NCBI GenBank assembly: GCA_902778125.1
Contig: CACYWH010000005.1
Location: 6,101-70,100, forward strand
From: an uncultured Erysipelotrichaceae bacterium
GTDB lineage: Bacteria > Bacillota_I > Bacilli_A > RF39 > UBA660
Reading direction: 5' to 3'
DNA length: 64,000 bases
Within the stretch, counting starts at the first letter, position 1. Each line of letters begins with the position of its first letter. The notes under the pieces were generated by a model. That model was not told the DNA's origin and ran no database searches. It worked only from the letters and a program-made list of their open reading frames with translations. Below are positions 1 through 10,778 of this stretch, one piece after another. The translations under genes and the position numbers were made by a program.

Positions 1-243
1 AAAGATCAAATGACTAAATTAAGAAACATTGGGGACGAAGGCCATTTGTCTAATGAAGATTGTGCAATGTATTTATCACATTTTGTTGGAAATAATACTA
101 AAATAGTTATGCTAATTCATATAAGTGACCATGATAATACTCATGAACTTGCGTACAATGTTAACAGGGATGCATTAGATGATAGGATCAAATTATATAT
201 ATCAAATAAAGATAGTTTAAGTGAAATAATAGAAATTAATTAA
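1..243 (+). CDS. MBL-fold metallo-hydrolase (YycJ/WalJ-like), C-terminal fragment; 5' end lies outside the window
   Basis: Frame-1 ORF is open from base 1. The GHLSNEDCAMYL...MLIHISDHDN pattern is typical of the C-terminus of beta-lactamase-fold hydrolases. A hairpin terminator follows. Confidence 0.55.
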   Translation, partial: KDQMTKLRNIGDEGHLSNEDCAMYLSHFVGNNTKIVMLIHISDHDNTHELAYNVNRDALDDRIKLYISNKDSLSEIIEIN

Positions 244-265
244 AGCACATATAATGTGCTTTTTA
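243..265 (+). terminator. Rho-independent terminator
   Basis: AGCACAT-ata-ATGTGCT hairpin followed by TTTTT. Confidence 0.6.
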
Positions 266-305
266 AATTTATAAAAATAGTGTAAAATAATATTAGGTGA
301 ATGTA

Positions 306-2873
306 ATGAAAAAAAGAGCAATTTTGATAGATGGAAATAACTTATTATTTAGAAGTTACTATGCTACTGCATACAATGGAAATTTAATGAAGAATTCTAA
401 GGGATTCCCTACAAATGCTTTATATGGATTTATCAATATGATTAATAAAATAATTAATGAAGAAAATCCTGAATATGTAATGATAGCATTTGATAAAGGG
501 CATAATTTTAGACAGGATATGTATGACAATTATAAAGATGGTAGAATAGAAACTCCACAAGATTTAAAGATACAATTTCCAGTTGCTAAAGAAATATGTA
601 CGTTAATGGGCATTAAATATATTGAATGTGATAATTATGAGGCGGATGATATAATTGGTACATTTGCTAGAATGGCTGATGAAGATAAAAATTACAATGC
701 AACGATAATAAGTAGCGATAAAGATTTATTACAACTTATTAGTGATGAGGTGAATGTTAAATTATTAAAACAAAAAGATTATATAATGATGGATGAGAAA
801 ACATTCATGGAATATTATAAGGTTCCTCCAATTAGGATGATTGACTTAAAAGCTTTAATGGGAGATGCCTCTGATAATATACCTGGTGTTAAAGGAATAG
901 GGGAAAAAACGGCTATATCATTACTTGAAAAATATGGAACACTTGATGGAGTATATGAACATATAGATGAAATTAGTGGTAAAACTAAAGAAAAACTATT
1001 AAATGATAAAGATAATGCTTATTTTTCATTTAAACTTGCCACTATATTCAAATCAATACCGTTTGAATATACATTTGAAAGTATTAAATATAATGGTATA
1101 GATAGAGAAAAACTAATAGAAAAATATAAGGAATTAGAATTTAATTCTTTTCTAAAAAATATTCCTAGCGATAATAAACCAACAAATGAAGAATATGAGA
1201 TAGTTCATGGTAAAATTGATATTCCTCATAAAAAATCATATTATATCGAACTTGATGGCATTAATTATCATACTGCATCTTTGATAGGCGCATCTATATA
1301 TGATGGTAAAAAGTCATATTATTTTGATGAAGCAAGTTTACTATTAAATAGAGATTTATTTGAAGAGTCTTTAGCAACATTTGATCAAAAGAAAAATATT
1401 GTATTTTTAAATAGATATGGTATAAAATCTAAAACCTCTTTTGATATATTAATAGCTGCTTATTTATTAAATTATAATTTTAAGGATGATTTATCATATT
1501 TAATGAATACTTTCGGTATTGATTCTCCTTATTATGACAATATTATAAGCCCTAGAAGTAAATATACTCAACAAGAATTAGAATTATCTATAGTTAAAAA
1601 AGCTAAATTTTTATATGAAAAATGCAGTGAATTTGAAGACAAATTAAAAAGTGAAGAACTATATGATTTATATTTTAATATAGAGCATCCTTTAATAGAT
1701 GTACTTGCTGATATGGAAATAACTGGTATAAAAGTATTACCTGAAGTAATAGATGATCTTTCATTAGATATTAAAACAAAATTAGAAATGATAGAAGGAA
1801 GAATATATAATTATGCTGGTGAACAATTTAATATTTCTAGTCCTAAACAATTAGGCACTATTCTGTATGATAAATTGGGATTACCTAAGGGAAGAGGCAA
1901 AAATGCTACTTCTACTGCTCATGATGTATTAATTAAATTTAAAGATAAACATCCAATTATAAATGAATTATTAGAATATCGAAATTTAAGTAAATTATTA
2001 TCTACTTATTTAGATACATTTAATTCATATATTCAAAGTGATGGTAAGATTCATACAATATACAAACAAACTGGTACTAGAACCGGAAGATTATCAAGTA
2101 TAGAGCCAAATTTGCAAAATATTCCTGTAAGAAGTGAAGAAGGAAGAAAGATAAGAAAAGCTTTTATTCCAAGTGAAAAATCATATCTCTTATCTAGTGA
2201 TTATTCTCAAATTGAACTTAGAATTTTAGCACATATTAGTAATTGTCCTAATTTAATTCAAGCATTTATTAATGATGAAGATATACATACTCATGTTGCG
2301 AGTGATATATTTGGTGTAAGTGAAATAGAAGTTACTAAAAACATGAGAAGAACTGCTAAAGCGGTAATATTTGGTATTGTATATGGTATTAGTGGATATG
2401 GCCTTGGTGAGAACCTTGATATAACACCAACTGAAGCTAAAAAGTATATTGATAAATATTTACATTTATATCCTGAAGTAGATAAGTATATGAAGGATAT
2501 TGTTGAAAAAACTCGCGAATTGGGTTATGTAAGAACATTATTTAATAGAAAAAGAGAAATTGAGGAAATTAAAAACACTAACTATTTAATTAGATCAATG
2601 GGTGACAGGATGGCATTAAATACACCAATTCAAGGTACTAGTGCTGATATATTAAAACTTGCTATGATTAAGATATATAATATTTTAAAAGAAAAAAAAT
2701 ATAAGACAAAAATGATATTACAAGTTCATGATGAATTAATATTTGATGTTAAAGAAGACGAACTTGAAGAAATAAAAGAAATTGTAAAAAATGAAATGGA
2801 AAATATATATAAATTATCTGTTCCATTAAAAGTTGAAATTAACTATGGTAAAAATTGGTATGATGCAAAATAG
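306..2873 (+). CDS. polA: DNA polymerase I
   Basis: N-terminal 5'-3' exonuclease domain (AILIDGNNLLFRSYYA). Pol A-family motifs are present: LLSSDYSQIELRILAH, RRTAKAVIFGIVYG, QVHDELIFD. Start moved from GTG 297 to ATG 306, which is 5 nt after AGGTGA. Confidence 0.95.
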   Translation: MKKRAILIDGNNLLFRSYYATAYNGNLMKNSKGFPTNALYGFINMINKIINEENPEYVMIAFDKGHNFRQDMYDNYKDGRIETPQDLKIQFPVAKEICTLMGIKYIECDNYEADDIIGTFARMADEDKNYNATIISSDKDLLQLISDEVNVKLLKQKDYIMMDEKTFMEYYKVPPIRMIDLKALMGDASDNIPGVKGIGEKTAISLLEKYGTLDGVYEHIDEISGKTKEKLLNDKDNAYFSFKLATIFKSIPFEYTFESIKYNGIDREKLIEKYKELEFNSFLKNIPSDNKPTNEEYEIVHGKIDIPHKKSYYIELDGINYHTASLIGASIYDGKKSYYFDEASLLLNRDLFEESLATFDQKKNIVFLNRYGIKSKTSFDILIAAYLLNYNFKDDLSYLMNTFGIDSPYYDNIISPRSKYTQQELELSIVKKAKFLYEKCSEFEDKLKSEELYDLYFNIEHPLIDVLADMEITGIKVLPEVIDDLSLDIKTKLEMIEGRIYNYAGEQFNISSPKQLGTILYDKLGLPKGRGKNATSTAHDVLIKFKDKHPIINELLEYRNLSKLLSTYLDTFNSYIQSDGKIHTIYKQTGTRTGRLSSIEPNLQNIPVRSEEGRKIRKAFIPSEKSYLLSSDYSQIELRILAHISNCPNLIQAFINDEDIHTHVASDIFGVSEIEVTKNMRRTAKAVIFGIVYGISGYGLGENLDITPTEAKKYIDKYLHLYPEVDKYMKDIVEKTRELGYVRTLFNRKREIEEIKNTNYLIRSMGDRMALNTPIQGTSADILKLAMIKIYNILKEKKYKTKMILQVHDELIFDVKEDELEEIKEIVKNEMENIYKLSVPLKVEINYGKNWYDAK

Positions 2874-2893
2874 TCAAGATATTAATCTTGACT
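2872..2893. terminator. Bidirectional hairpin between convergent polA and tmcAL
   Basis: AGTCAAGAT-atta-ATCTTGACT perfect 9-bp stem that overlaps the last codons of tmcAL. Confidence 0.5.
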
Positions 2894-4027
2894 ATTTATT
2901 ATTGGTTTGTTTTTAATTTCCTCATCCATTATATCTTGATACATTAGTGAGTATAATAGATTGGCTCTATTTTCAATTTGTAATATTCTATAATGATCAG
3001 TATCATATTTATTTAATATAGGATATTGTAAAGTTCCTTTAATACTATTTAAATATTTTTGACCTTTGTCAGTAAATCCTAGTATTCTTATATATTCCAA
3101 ATTTCTAATACTTTGATTTTCTTCTTTAGTTAATGAAAATAAAATATGGTTTAACATTCTAGATATTTTATTATATGTATATCTTTTTGATTTTATCTTT
3201 ATAATTAATTCATCTAATGAATTACATTTATTTATTACTTTTTTAATTCTTGAATCTATTCCTTCATCTACATCTAGATATTTATCTAAATTATCTTCAC
3301 TTAATATTTTATATTTTAAGTATTCAAAATATTTATCGTTTAAAGTTTTTTCTTTTAATATATCATATGCATCTTTTGGAACTTTATTTTCAAAAGAAAT
3401 ATTATTTTTTATTCTATGTCTAATATTTCTTGCAGAAACTATACTTTCTTCTGAAAGGGTATCATGATACTTAGTAGTTCTCTTTATATTGTATAAATCC
3501 ATTACATAGTCATTTTTATATAGTTCCTTTATATAACTTAATGCAAGTAATTCATTAGGTTCTACTATTTCAGTGTGTATTATTTCTTTTAATGCCTTAT
3601 TTAATGCAGTAGGGTAATTAAATCCTTTTTTTAGGTACTTTCTCACACCATCATCATATGTTATGTCAAATAATTGTGTTCTGGCTGCTGCTTTAATATC
3701 TTCTAAATTATCTTTTTCAAGACCAAAACATAGTGTATCTATTTGCATTTGATTTAATATTTTTATGGCATATTTTGCAAATATATCGCTTCCCTGAACA
3801 GTAAATAAATAGGGAAGTTCTATTACTATATCAACTCCATGATTTAATGCAATTTTAGTCTTTTCATATGGGGTTAGAACTGATAATTCTCCTCTTTGAG
3901 TGCATACAGATGACATACATACAATAATAATACTCTCTTTATATTTTTCTTTAATTTTTTTAATTTGATATAAGTGTCCATTATGAAATGGATTATATTC
4001 TACAACAATACCAACTATATTTTGCAT
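2882..4027 (-). CDS. tmcAL: tRNA(Met) cytidine acetate ligase (UPF0348/YlbM nucleotidyltransferase family)
   Basis: N-terminal VEYNPFHNGHLYQI nucleotidyltransferase signature, ~380 aa, AAAGGGGA RBS. Confidence 0.8.
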   Translation of the reverse strand: MQNIVGIVVEYNPFHNGHLYQIKKIKEKYKESIIIVCMSSVCTQRGELSVLTPYEKTKIALNHGVDIVIELPYLFTVQGSDIFAKYAIKILNQMQIDTLCFGLEKDNLEDIKAAARTQLFDITYDDGVRKYLKKGFNYPTALNKALKEIIHTEIVEPNELLALSYIKELYKNDYVMDLYNIKRTTKYHDTLSEESIVSARNIRHRIKNNISFENKVPKDAYDILKEKTLNDKYFEYLKYKILSEDNLDKYLDVDEGIDSRIKKVINKCNSLDELIIKIKSKRYTYNKISRMLNHILFSLTKEENQSIRNLEYIRILGFTDKGQKYLNSIKGTLQYPILNKYDTDHYRILQIENRANLLYSLMYQDIMDEEIKNKPIINSQD

Positions 4028-4180
4028 AAACGAATCCCCTTTCTTTATTAAAATTATAGCAAAATATGTAATTTTTGCAATAAAATAGCAAATTATACTT
4101 GATATTTTTAAGTTTTTATGAGAAAATACTTTAGCGAAGCAAATATTTTATGACTAACTAGATGTGAAGGAGGAATAAAA

Positions 4181-4396
4181 ATGAAATTAAATATTACATT
4201 ATTCGGTGCATTACCTTTTAGAAGAATTAGTAAAACTGCTAAAAGACAAAGAAGAACACATTTAAAGAAAACTGCTCCTACTGTTAGCACTTGTCCTAAT
4301 TGTGGTGCTGTAGTTGCTCCTCATAGAGCTTGCACTAAGTGTGGATATTACAAGGGTAAAGAAGTAATTAAAGTTAATAATGAAGAAACAAAATAA
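4181..4396 (+). CDS. rpmF: 50S ribosomal protein L32 (zinc-ribbon form) with a short N-terminal extension
   Basis: PFRRISKTAKRQRRTHLK plus CPNCG...CTKCG. GAAGGAGG RBS lies 7 nt before ATG 4181. The start gives ~9 extra residues relative to typical L32. Confidence 0.85.
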   Translation: MKLNITLFGALPFRRISKTAKRQRRTHLKKTAPTVSTCPNCGAVVAPHRACTKCGYYKGKEVIKVNNEETK

Positions 4397-4420
4397 ACTA
4401 ACTTACAGTTAGTTTTTTTA
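4396..4420 (+). terminator. Rho-independent terminator after rpmF
   Basis: AACTAAC-ttaca-GTTAGTT hairpin followed by TTTTT. Confidence 0.6.
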
Positions 4421-4437
4421 ATGGGAAAATCTAAAAT

Positions 4438-4466
4438 TTGACTTTTTGTCTCATTTTTGATATAAT
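4438..4466 (+). promoter_or_regulatory. Sigma-A type promoter of the sigma factor gene
   Basis: TTGACT (4438-4443), 17-nt spacer, TATAAT (4461-4466). Confidence 0.7.
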
Positions 4467-4509
4467 ATTCGCCAATAACGGAGGAGAATAGTTTCTATAG
4501 GGGGTAAAT

Positions 4510-5799
4510 ATGGAAAATTTAAAAGAATTAATAGATTATATTAATAGTAATTTTAAAGAGAATAAAAAAGATAATTTAAATAATTTTTATAATGTAGTAT
4601 TAAAATATGATGAAACTGATAATTTATCAATTGATGAATCAATTGAAATATTAGAAAAATGTCCCAAAATATCTGAAGTAATATCTGATATAAGGGAAAC
4701 TGGAATTGATTTTAACTCATCATTATTTCAAGCATATGCTTTAGTTAATCAATCTGGTAAAACTCCTAGATTAGATAAAGCTGATATGTTAAGGGAATAT
4801 GAATATTCATTAGATGAAAGAATGCCATTAGAGGCTGGGTCTGCTGAAAAATCATATGTTAAAAAGTATAAAGAAGAAGATGAATCATTAGATTATGGAT
4901 ATACTTATGATGTTGATGCATTTTTAGGATTAACTAGAAAAGATATAGATTTGGTAAAACTATATTTATCAGAACTTGGCAATTATCCTATATTAACTCG
5001 TGAAGAAGAGATAGAATTATTTAAAAAATATAATGAAACTGGTTCAATGGAAGCATATGATAAGATAATAAAACATAATTTAAGACTCGCAGTTTCTGTT
5101 GCATGTGCTTATACTGGTAGAGGCCTTGAATTGCTTGATTTAATTCAAGAGGCTAACATAGGATTAATAAAAGCAGTAGAAAAGTTTGATTATAGAAAAG
5201 GGTATAAATTCTCAACTTATGCCATTTGGTGGTTAAGACAATCTGTTACTAGAGGTATATCAGATACATCAAGAGTTATTAGAATACCAGTTCATGCAAT
5301 TGAAAAAATTAATAAAATGAGAGATTATTCAAGAGAATTTGCTCTTAAAAATAATAGAGAACCAAATGAATATGAATTACAATCATATTTCCATATACCT
5401 GATGATGTTTTTCCAACATACTATATGGTATTAAAAAATGGATTTGTTGTATCTCTTGATAAAAAAGTTAATACTGAAGATGAAGATTCAAGTTTAGGTG
5501 ACTTTATTCCATGTGAAGATAATGATATAGAAGAATATGCAGATAGAGATTTCTATAATCAATTTAGAGATGCCTTTGAGAATAGTAATTTACTTACCGA
5601 AAGAGAAAAAATAGTAATTAAAAAACGTTATGGATTTGATGGACGCTCACAAACATTAGAAGAAGTAGGTAGAGAATTTGGAGTTACTCGTGAAAGAATA
5701 AGACAAATTGAAGTTAATGCACTAAAAAAATTACGTAGAAGCCCTAAATTTAGGGAATATAATCCAAATAGTAAATCATATGCATTAAGATTATATTAA
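4510..5799 (+). CDS. sigA: RNA polymerase sigma-70 family factor, probably the primary sigma (RpoD/SigA)
   Basis: Region 1.2 ([25 protein letters not shown]), region 2 ([39 protein letters not shown]), region 4.2 HTH ([20 protein letters not shown]). Acidic N-terminal ~150 aa. Confidence 0.85.
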   Translation: MENLKELIDYINSNFKENKKDNLNNFYNVVLKYDETDNLSIDESIEILEKCPKISEVISDIRETGIDFNSSLFQAYALVNQSGKTPRLDKADMLREYEYSLDERMPLEAGSAEKSYVKKYKEEDESLDYGYTYDVDAFLGLTRKDIDLVKLYLSELGNYPILTREEEIELFKKYNETGSMEAYDKIIKHNLRLAVSVACAYTGRGLELLDLIQEANIGLIKAVEKFDYRKGYKFSTYAIWWLRQSVTRGISDTSRVIRIPVHAIEKINKMRDYSREFALKNNREPNEYELQSYFHIPDDVFPTYYMVLKNGFVVSLDKKVNTEDEDSSLGDFIPCEDNDIEEYADRDFYNQFRDAFENSNLLTEREKIVIKKRYGFDGRSQTLEEVGREFGVTRERIRQIEVNALKKLRRSPKFREYNPNSKSYALRLY

Positions 5800-5826
5800 G
5801 AAGATATTTATTATCTTCTTTTTTTA
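5798..5826 (+). terminator. Rho-independent terminator after sigA
   Basis: AAGAAGATA-tttat-TATCTTCTT hairpin followed by TTTTT. Confidence 0.65.
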
Positions 5827-5851
5827 TTGTTTTTATGTTAAAATTATTTCT

Positions 5852-7636
5852 ATGGAAAGAAATAAAATTAGAAATTTTTGTATAATAGCCCATATAGATC
5901 ATGGTAAGAGTACTTTAGCCGATAGAATACTCGATGTTTGTGGTGCGGTAAGTGAAAGAGAAAGAAAAGATCAAATTCTTGATTCTATGGATCTTGAACG
6001 TGAGCGTGGTATCACTATTAAATTAAACGCAGTTGAATTGAATTATAAAGGATATTTGTTGCATTTAATAGATACACCTGGTCATGTAGATTTTAGTTAT
6101 GAAGTTAGTCGAAGTTTAGCTGCGTGTGAAGGAGCTATTCTTGTAGTGGATGCTACACAAGGAATAGAAGCTCAAACTTTAGCAAATTTATATTTAGCAT
6201 TAGATGCTAATCTTAAAATAATACCAGTAATAAATAAAATAGATTTACCTAATGCAAATCCAGAAAAAGTTAAAGATGAACTTGTTAATTCAATAGGTTT
6301 TAATAGAGATGAAATACTTTTATGTTCCGGAAAAACTGGGGAAGGTGTAAGTGAACTTTTAGATGCGGTTATTGAGAGAATAGATGCACCTAAAAGTGAT
6401 AATGATAAACTAAGGGCACTAATATTTGATAGTTATTTTGATCCTTATAAAGGGGTAGTTATACTTGTTAGAGTATTTGATGGAAAGGTTAAAGTTGGAG
6501 ATAAAATTAAATTTATTAATTCAAATGCTGTTTATGAAGTTTTAGAACTTGGTAAGCATACACCTCATGAAATAAAAAAAGATTCACTTGAAGCGGGTGA
6601 AGTTGGATTCATTAGTGCCTCTATTAAAAGTATTACTGAAGTAAGCGTCGGTGATACTATATGTTTAGATGGTGAAGAAGTAGAATCTTTGCCTGGGTAT
6701 AAGCCAATGAAACCAATGGTATATTCTGGTATTTACCCAATCGATAGTTCTAAATATAATAATCTAAAAGAAGCGTTATTAAAATTAAAATTATCAGATG
6801 CTTCTCTTGTTTTTGAACCAGAGACGTCTATAGCACTTGGTTTTGGATTTAGATGCGGTTTTTTAGGGCTTTTGCATATGGAAATCATAGAAGAAAGAAT
6901 CGAACGTGAATTTGGTATTGATATAATTGCTACTAGTCCATCTGTTATTTATGAAGTATTATTAAACGACGGAAATAGTATTAATATTGATTCTCCATCC
7001 AAAATGCCAGATCCTACAAAAATATCTAAAATTTTAGAGCCATATGTAAACTGTAATATATATGTTCCAAGTCAATATGTTGGAGCAATTATGGAATTAT
7101 GTCAGGACAAAAGAGGTATATATAAAAATTTATCTTATCTTGACGAGACTAGGGTAAATATATTATATGAGCTTCCATTATCTGAAATAGTTTATGATTT
7201 CTTTGATAAATTAAAGAGTTATACTAAGGGTTATGCATCATTTGATTATGATTTTATTGGAAATAAAGAGAGTAAACTTGTTAAAATGGATATCTTATTA
7301 AATGGTGAAGTAATTGATGCATTAAGTATAATTGTTCATAAAGATTTTGCATATAATAGAGGAAAAATTATATGTCAAAATTTGAAAAAAATAATACCTA
7401 AACAAATGTTTCAAGTCCCCATTCAAGCGGTTATTGGTTCAAAAGTTATTGCTAGAGAAGATATATCTGCTCTTAAAAAGAACGTACTTGCTAAATGTTA
7501 TGGAGGAGATGTATCTCGTAAACGTAAACTTCTAGAAAAGCAAAAAGAGGGAAAGAAAAGAATGAAACAAGTTGGTAGTGTATCAATACCTCAGGAAGCA
7601 TTTCTATCAATATTAAGTACAGATAGTGAGGAATAA
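5852..7636 (+). CDS. lepA: Translation elongation factor 4
   Basis: [20 protein letters not shown] and NKIDL GTPase motifs plus a LepA-specific C-terminal domain. 594 aa. Confidence 0.95.
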   Translation: MERNKIRNFCIIAHIDHGKSTLADRILDVCGAVSERERKDQILDSMDLERERGITIKLNAVELNYKGYLLHLIDTPGHVDFSYEVSRSLAACEGAILVVDATQGIEAQTLANLYLALDANLKIIPVINKIDLPNANPEKVKDELVNSIGFNRDEILLCSGKTGEGVSELLDAVIERIDAPKSDNDKLRALIFDSYFDPYKGVVILVRVFDGKVKVGDKIKFINSNAVYEVLELGKHTPHEIKKDSLEAGEVGFISASIKSITEVSVGDTICLDGEEVESLPGYKPMKPMVYSGIYPIDSSKYNNLKEALLKLKLSDASLVFEPETSIALGFGFRCGFLGLLHMEIIEERIEREFGIDIIATSPSVIYEVLLNDGNSINIDSPSKMPDPTKISKILEPYVNCNIYVPSQYVGAIMELCQDKRGIYKNLSYLDETRVNILYELPLSEIVYDFFDKLKSYTKGYASFDYDFIGNKESKLVKMDILLNGEVIDALSIIVHKDFAYNRGKIICQNLKKIIPKQMFQVPIQAVIGSKVIAREDISALKKNVLAKCYGGDVSRKRKLLEKQKEGKKRMKQVGSVSIPQEAFLSILSTDSEE

Positions 7637-7879
7637 TTATTTAAAGAAAGTAAGAGTATCATTATATGATGGATTACTTTCTTTTTTTATTATATTGCTC
7701 TCTAGTGCATCAGAAATTATATTGTTTTTTTTAAAGAAACTTTTTTCTCTTGTAACATAAGGTTTAACTTGTCTATATACAGGAATAGTTTTCTTAATTA
7801 CTCCTAGTGTTTTATTTGTATTACTTATAATATTTGATAAATTAATATTTTTTAAAATACTTAGTAAATTAATATTCAT
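7637..7879 (-). CDS. Small hypothetical protein (possible YqfQ/VrrA-like motif)
   Basis: AGGTGA RBS 5 nt before ATG 7879 (track start 7888 is a GTG inside the RBS). The KTLGVIKKTIPVYRQVKPYV stretch resembles the YqfQ-like core. The 3' part overlaps the lepA terminator hairpin. Confidence 0.4.
   Translation of the reverse strand: MNINLLSILKNINLSNIISNTNKTLGVIKKTIPVYRQVKPYVTREKSFFKKNNIISDALESNIIKKESNPSYNDTLTFFK
7643..7688 (+). terminator. Rho-independent terminator after lepA
   Basis: AAAGAAAGTAA ... TTACTTTCTTT 11-bp stem (with inner ATCAT/ATGAT pairing) followed by a T-run. Confidence 0.6.
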
Positions 7880-7953
7880 GACTATCACCTAATTTATTAT
7901 ATTAATATTTTTTATAAAAGTGAAAAAATATTCTTTTTATTTTTATTTTATTA

Positions 7954-7962
7954 TGTTATAAT
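7954..7962 (+). promoter_or_regulatory. Extended -10 promoter element upstream of pilC-like gene
   Basis: TGtTATAAT ~30 nt upstream of ATG 7992. No clear -35. Confidence 0.4.
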
Positions 7963-7991
7963 TTTAATGTATAGAATAAGGGGAAGAACTT

Positions 7992-9911
7992 ATGGCAGAG
8001 AAAAAGGCGGATCTTAAAGCAAATAAAAAAGTATCTAAAGCTAAGAAGACTAACAAGCCAGTTGTTGATAATAGTACAAATACTGTCGAAACAACTAATA
8101 CTGTACAAGTAAAGAATGAAAATAGTGTAGTTTCAGTTAAAGAAAATAATACAGCACAAAAGCCTCAAGCTGCTGTAGCCAATCAAACTGAAGTAAAAAA
8201 TACTACTCCAAGTGTTAGTCCAAAGCCAAAGAAAAAAGGATTTTTATTTAAGTTAGTTGATGGTATAATTTATTTTATTGTATCATTTTTTACGTATTTA
8301 TTTTTTGGCTTTAAAGGAATTTTTTCAACATTATGGAAATATATTTTTAGATTTGTCTTTAATGAAATCTTTATATTATTTTATTCAATGTACCAAGGTC
8401 TACTTTATATCTTAGAAACAATATTTGTAAATATTCCCGCATCAATATATAACTATGTAGGTAAATATATATATAAAGCATATTCAAAAGTTAAACTTTA
8501 TTTTGAAAATCAAAAGAAAATAAGACAAGAAAGTGCTACTAATAGTAAGACATTAATGCAAAGACTTAATGACTATATTGTAGAAAAATATGAAAATATA
8601 CCATTTGTAAGAGCTGCTCGTGAAAAGAAAGAAGCTAGTTTAATGGTTATGACAATTGATCCTAATAGTGATGATGTAGTTAAAACTGAAAAGAAACAAA
8701 CATATAAATATATTGCAAGAAATAAAGAAGGTAAATTAGAAACTGGATATTTTGCAGCTCATTCTAAAATGGATGTATATGCATATTTAACTGATAAAGC
8801 CATGACAGTATATGAAATAACTACTAGTTGGGCTATTAATTTCTTCCATACTGAATCTTCATCTATTAAACGTAAGATGAAAAATAAAGACTTGATATTC
8901 TGGTTAGCTCAATTATCTACATATATTAAGGCTGGTATTCCACTTGCTGATGCTGTTAAAGTTCTTGCGCGTCAAGATAAAAGAAAAAAATATAGAGCGG
9001 TTTATGATGCTATTATATATGAGCTTACAATGGGAGAAAGTTTTAGTGAAGCTTTAAAGAAACAAGGTAATATTTTCCCACCATTACTAGTTAATATGAT
9101 TAAATCTGCTGAAATGATTGGTAATATAGAAGATACACTTGATGAAATGAGCGATTATTATCAAGAAATTGAAGATACTAAGAAAGCAATTATTAGTGCA
9201 CTTACTTATCCATCATTAATATTAGTATTTGCTCTTGGAATTGTTGTGTTTATGCTTGTATATATTGTCCCTAAATTTGTAGAAGTATATGAAAGTATGA
9301 ATGCTCAATTAAATCCTATTACTGAAATAACGTTAAATATATCTGCATTCTTAAAAACACATTATATGAATGTAATTAGTTGGATTTTAATTATAGTGTT
9401 TGGTTATACTCTTTTATATAAAAAAGTTAAATTATTTAAAACTATGATGCAAAATTTCTTTATGAAATTGCCTGTAGTTGGGAATTTAATTATATATAAA
9501 GAAATGTCATTATTTGCTAGAACATTCGCAACATTAAATAAGAATAATGTTCTTTTGACAGATAGTATTGATATTTTAGGTAAAATAACTAATAATGAAA
9601 TTTATAAAGCAATAATGTATCGAACTATTAATAATCTTCTTAAAGGTGAAAAAATGAGTGAATCATTTAAAGATCACTGGGCAGTTCCTGAAGTTGCATA
9701 TTATATGATTGTAACAGGTGAATCAACAGGTGAATTATCAACTATGCTTGATAAAGTAGGTGACTATTATCAAAAACTACAACGTAATATGGTTAATCAA
9801 ATTAAGACATTTATAGAACCAGTTATGATAGTTTTCTTGGCAATTGTTGTAGGATTTATATTAATTGCTATAGTAGTTCCAATGTTTGGTATTTATGAAA
9901 CAATTCAATAA
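7992..9911 (+). CDS. Type II secretion system F family platform protein (PilC/ComGB-like) with ~235-aa N-terminal extension
   Basis: Residues ~236-639 carry the canonical GspF layout: YKYIARNKEGKLETGYF start and two T2SSF repeats (each a cytoplasmic helical segment followed by a TM helix). Residues 1-80 are a K/N/T/V-rich low-complexity region, 85-165 hold 2-3 predicted TM helices, then a linker follows. Confidence 0.85.
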   Translation: MAEKKADLKANKKVSKAKKTNKPVVDNSTNTVETTNTVQVKNENSVVSVKENNTAQKPQAAVANQTEVKNTTPSVSPKPKKKGFLFKLVDGIIYFIVSFFTYLFFGFKGIFSTLWKYIFRFVFNEIFILFYSMYQGLLYILETIFVNIPASIYNYVGKYIYKAYSKVKLYFENQKKIRQESATNSKTLMQRLNDYIVEKYENIPFVRAAREKKEASLMVMTIDPNSDDVVKTEKKQTYKYIARNKEGKLETGYFAAHSKMDVYAYLTDKAMTVYEITTSWAINFFHTESSSIKRKMKNKDLIFWLAQLSTYIKAGIPLADAVKVLARQDKRKKYRAVYDAIIYELTMGESFSEALKKQGNIFPPLLVNMIKSAEMIGNIEDTLDEMSDYYQEIEDTKKAIISALTYPSLILVFALGIVVFMLVYIVPKFVEVYESMNAQLNPITEITLNISAFLKTHYMNVISWILIIVFGYTLLYKKVKLFKTMMQNFFMKLPVVGNLIIYKEMSLFARTFATLNKNNVLLTDSIDILGKITNNEIYKAIMYRTINNLLKGEKMSESFKDHWAVPEVAYYMIVTGESTGELSTMLDKVGDYYQKLQRNMVNQIKTFIEPVMIVFLAIVVGFILIAIVVPMFGIYETIQ

Positions 9912-9920
9912 GGGGGATTT

Positions 9921-10682
9921 ATGAAATTATATATATCATTATTTCTGTTTATACTAGGATCTGTGGTGGGTAGTTTTTTAGGATGTATGGGATATAGAAT
10001 TCCAAACAAAATAAAAACTACCTTTCCGCCTAGTTTTTGTTCGGAATGCAATAAAAAACTTAAATGGTACATGAATATTCCTATTGTTTCTTACATATTT
10101 TTAGGTGGCAAATGTGCCTATTGCAAGAAACCAATTGGATTTATATATTTTTTTACTGAAATATTATGTGCATTTTTGTTTGTATTAAATAATTTATTAT
10201 ATGGATTTAGTATTAATTTTTTCATAAGTACAATTTTATCTTGTGTACTTATTGTTACTATAGTAAGTGATTTTTTATATTATTATATATCAGATAGGGT
10301 ATTAATTATTTCAGTGATTGCAATAATAGTTACATTATATGCATTCACTGGTGCAAATGAAGTCTTAAAAGCTATAATTAATGGTGCTTTAATGTTTGGA
10401 ATTATGTATGCAATAAAATTGCTTGGTAATTTTATATTTAAAAGAGAATCTTTAGGTGATGGAGATATTAAGTTAATGGGTGTTATATCCCTTGCTATTG
10501 GTGTTATGAATAGCTTTTGTGCTTTGTTTTTAGCATCAGTAATTGGATTAATATATTCATTGTTTATATCAAAAATTAATAAAGATGGCATAATTCCATT
10601 TGGTCCATTTTTGCTAATAGGAGGAATGTTATCTATATATTTCTCAGAATTTTTTGCACATATTTTTCACGTTTTGATATAA
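9921..10682 (+). CDS. Prepilin peptidase (A24 family, PilD/ComC-like)
   Basis: Zinc-knuckle CSECNKKLKWYMNIPIVSYIFLGGKCAYCKK, polytopic membrane protein, catalytic-type GDGDIKLM motif, GGGGG RBS. Confidence 0.85.
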   Translation: MKLYISLFLFILGSVVGSFLGCMGYRIPNKIKTTFPPSFCSECNKKLKWYMNIPIVSYIFLGGKCAYCKKPIGFIYFFTEILCAFLFVLNNLLYGFSINFFISTILSCVLIVTIVSDFLYYYISDRVLIISVIAIIVTLYAFTGANEVLKAIINGALMFGIMYAIKLLGNFIFKRESLGDGDIKLMGVISLAIGVMNSFCALFLASVIGLIYSLFISKINKDGIIPFGPFLLIGGMLSIYFSEFFAHIFHVLI

Positions 10683-10686
10683 TCTA

Positions 10687-10715
10687 TTGACTATAAACAT
10701 GAAAAAAATTATAAT
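10687..10715 (+). promoter_or_regulatory. Consensus sigma-A promoter for the TasA-like genes
   Basis: TTGACT (10687-10692), 17-nt spacer, TATAAT (10710-10715). Followed by a 5'-UTR hairpin AGTTACGA-taatg-TCGTAACT (10731-10752) and a (TA)n run. Confidence 0.75.
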
Positions 10716-10778
10716 TATTATGTATGGTAGAGTTACGATAATGTCGTAACTATATATATATATATGAAAGGAGTTATC

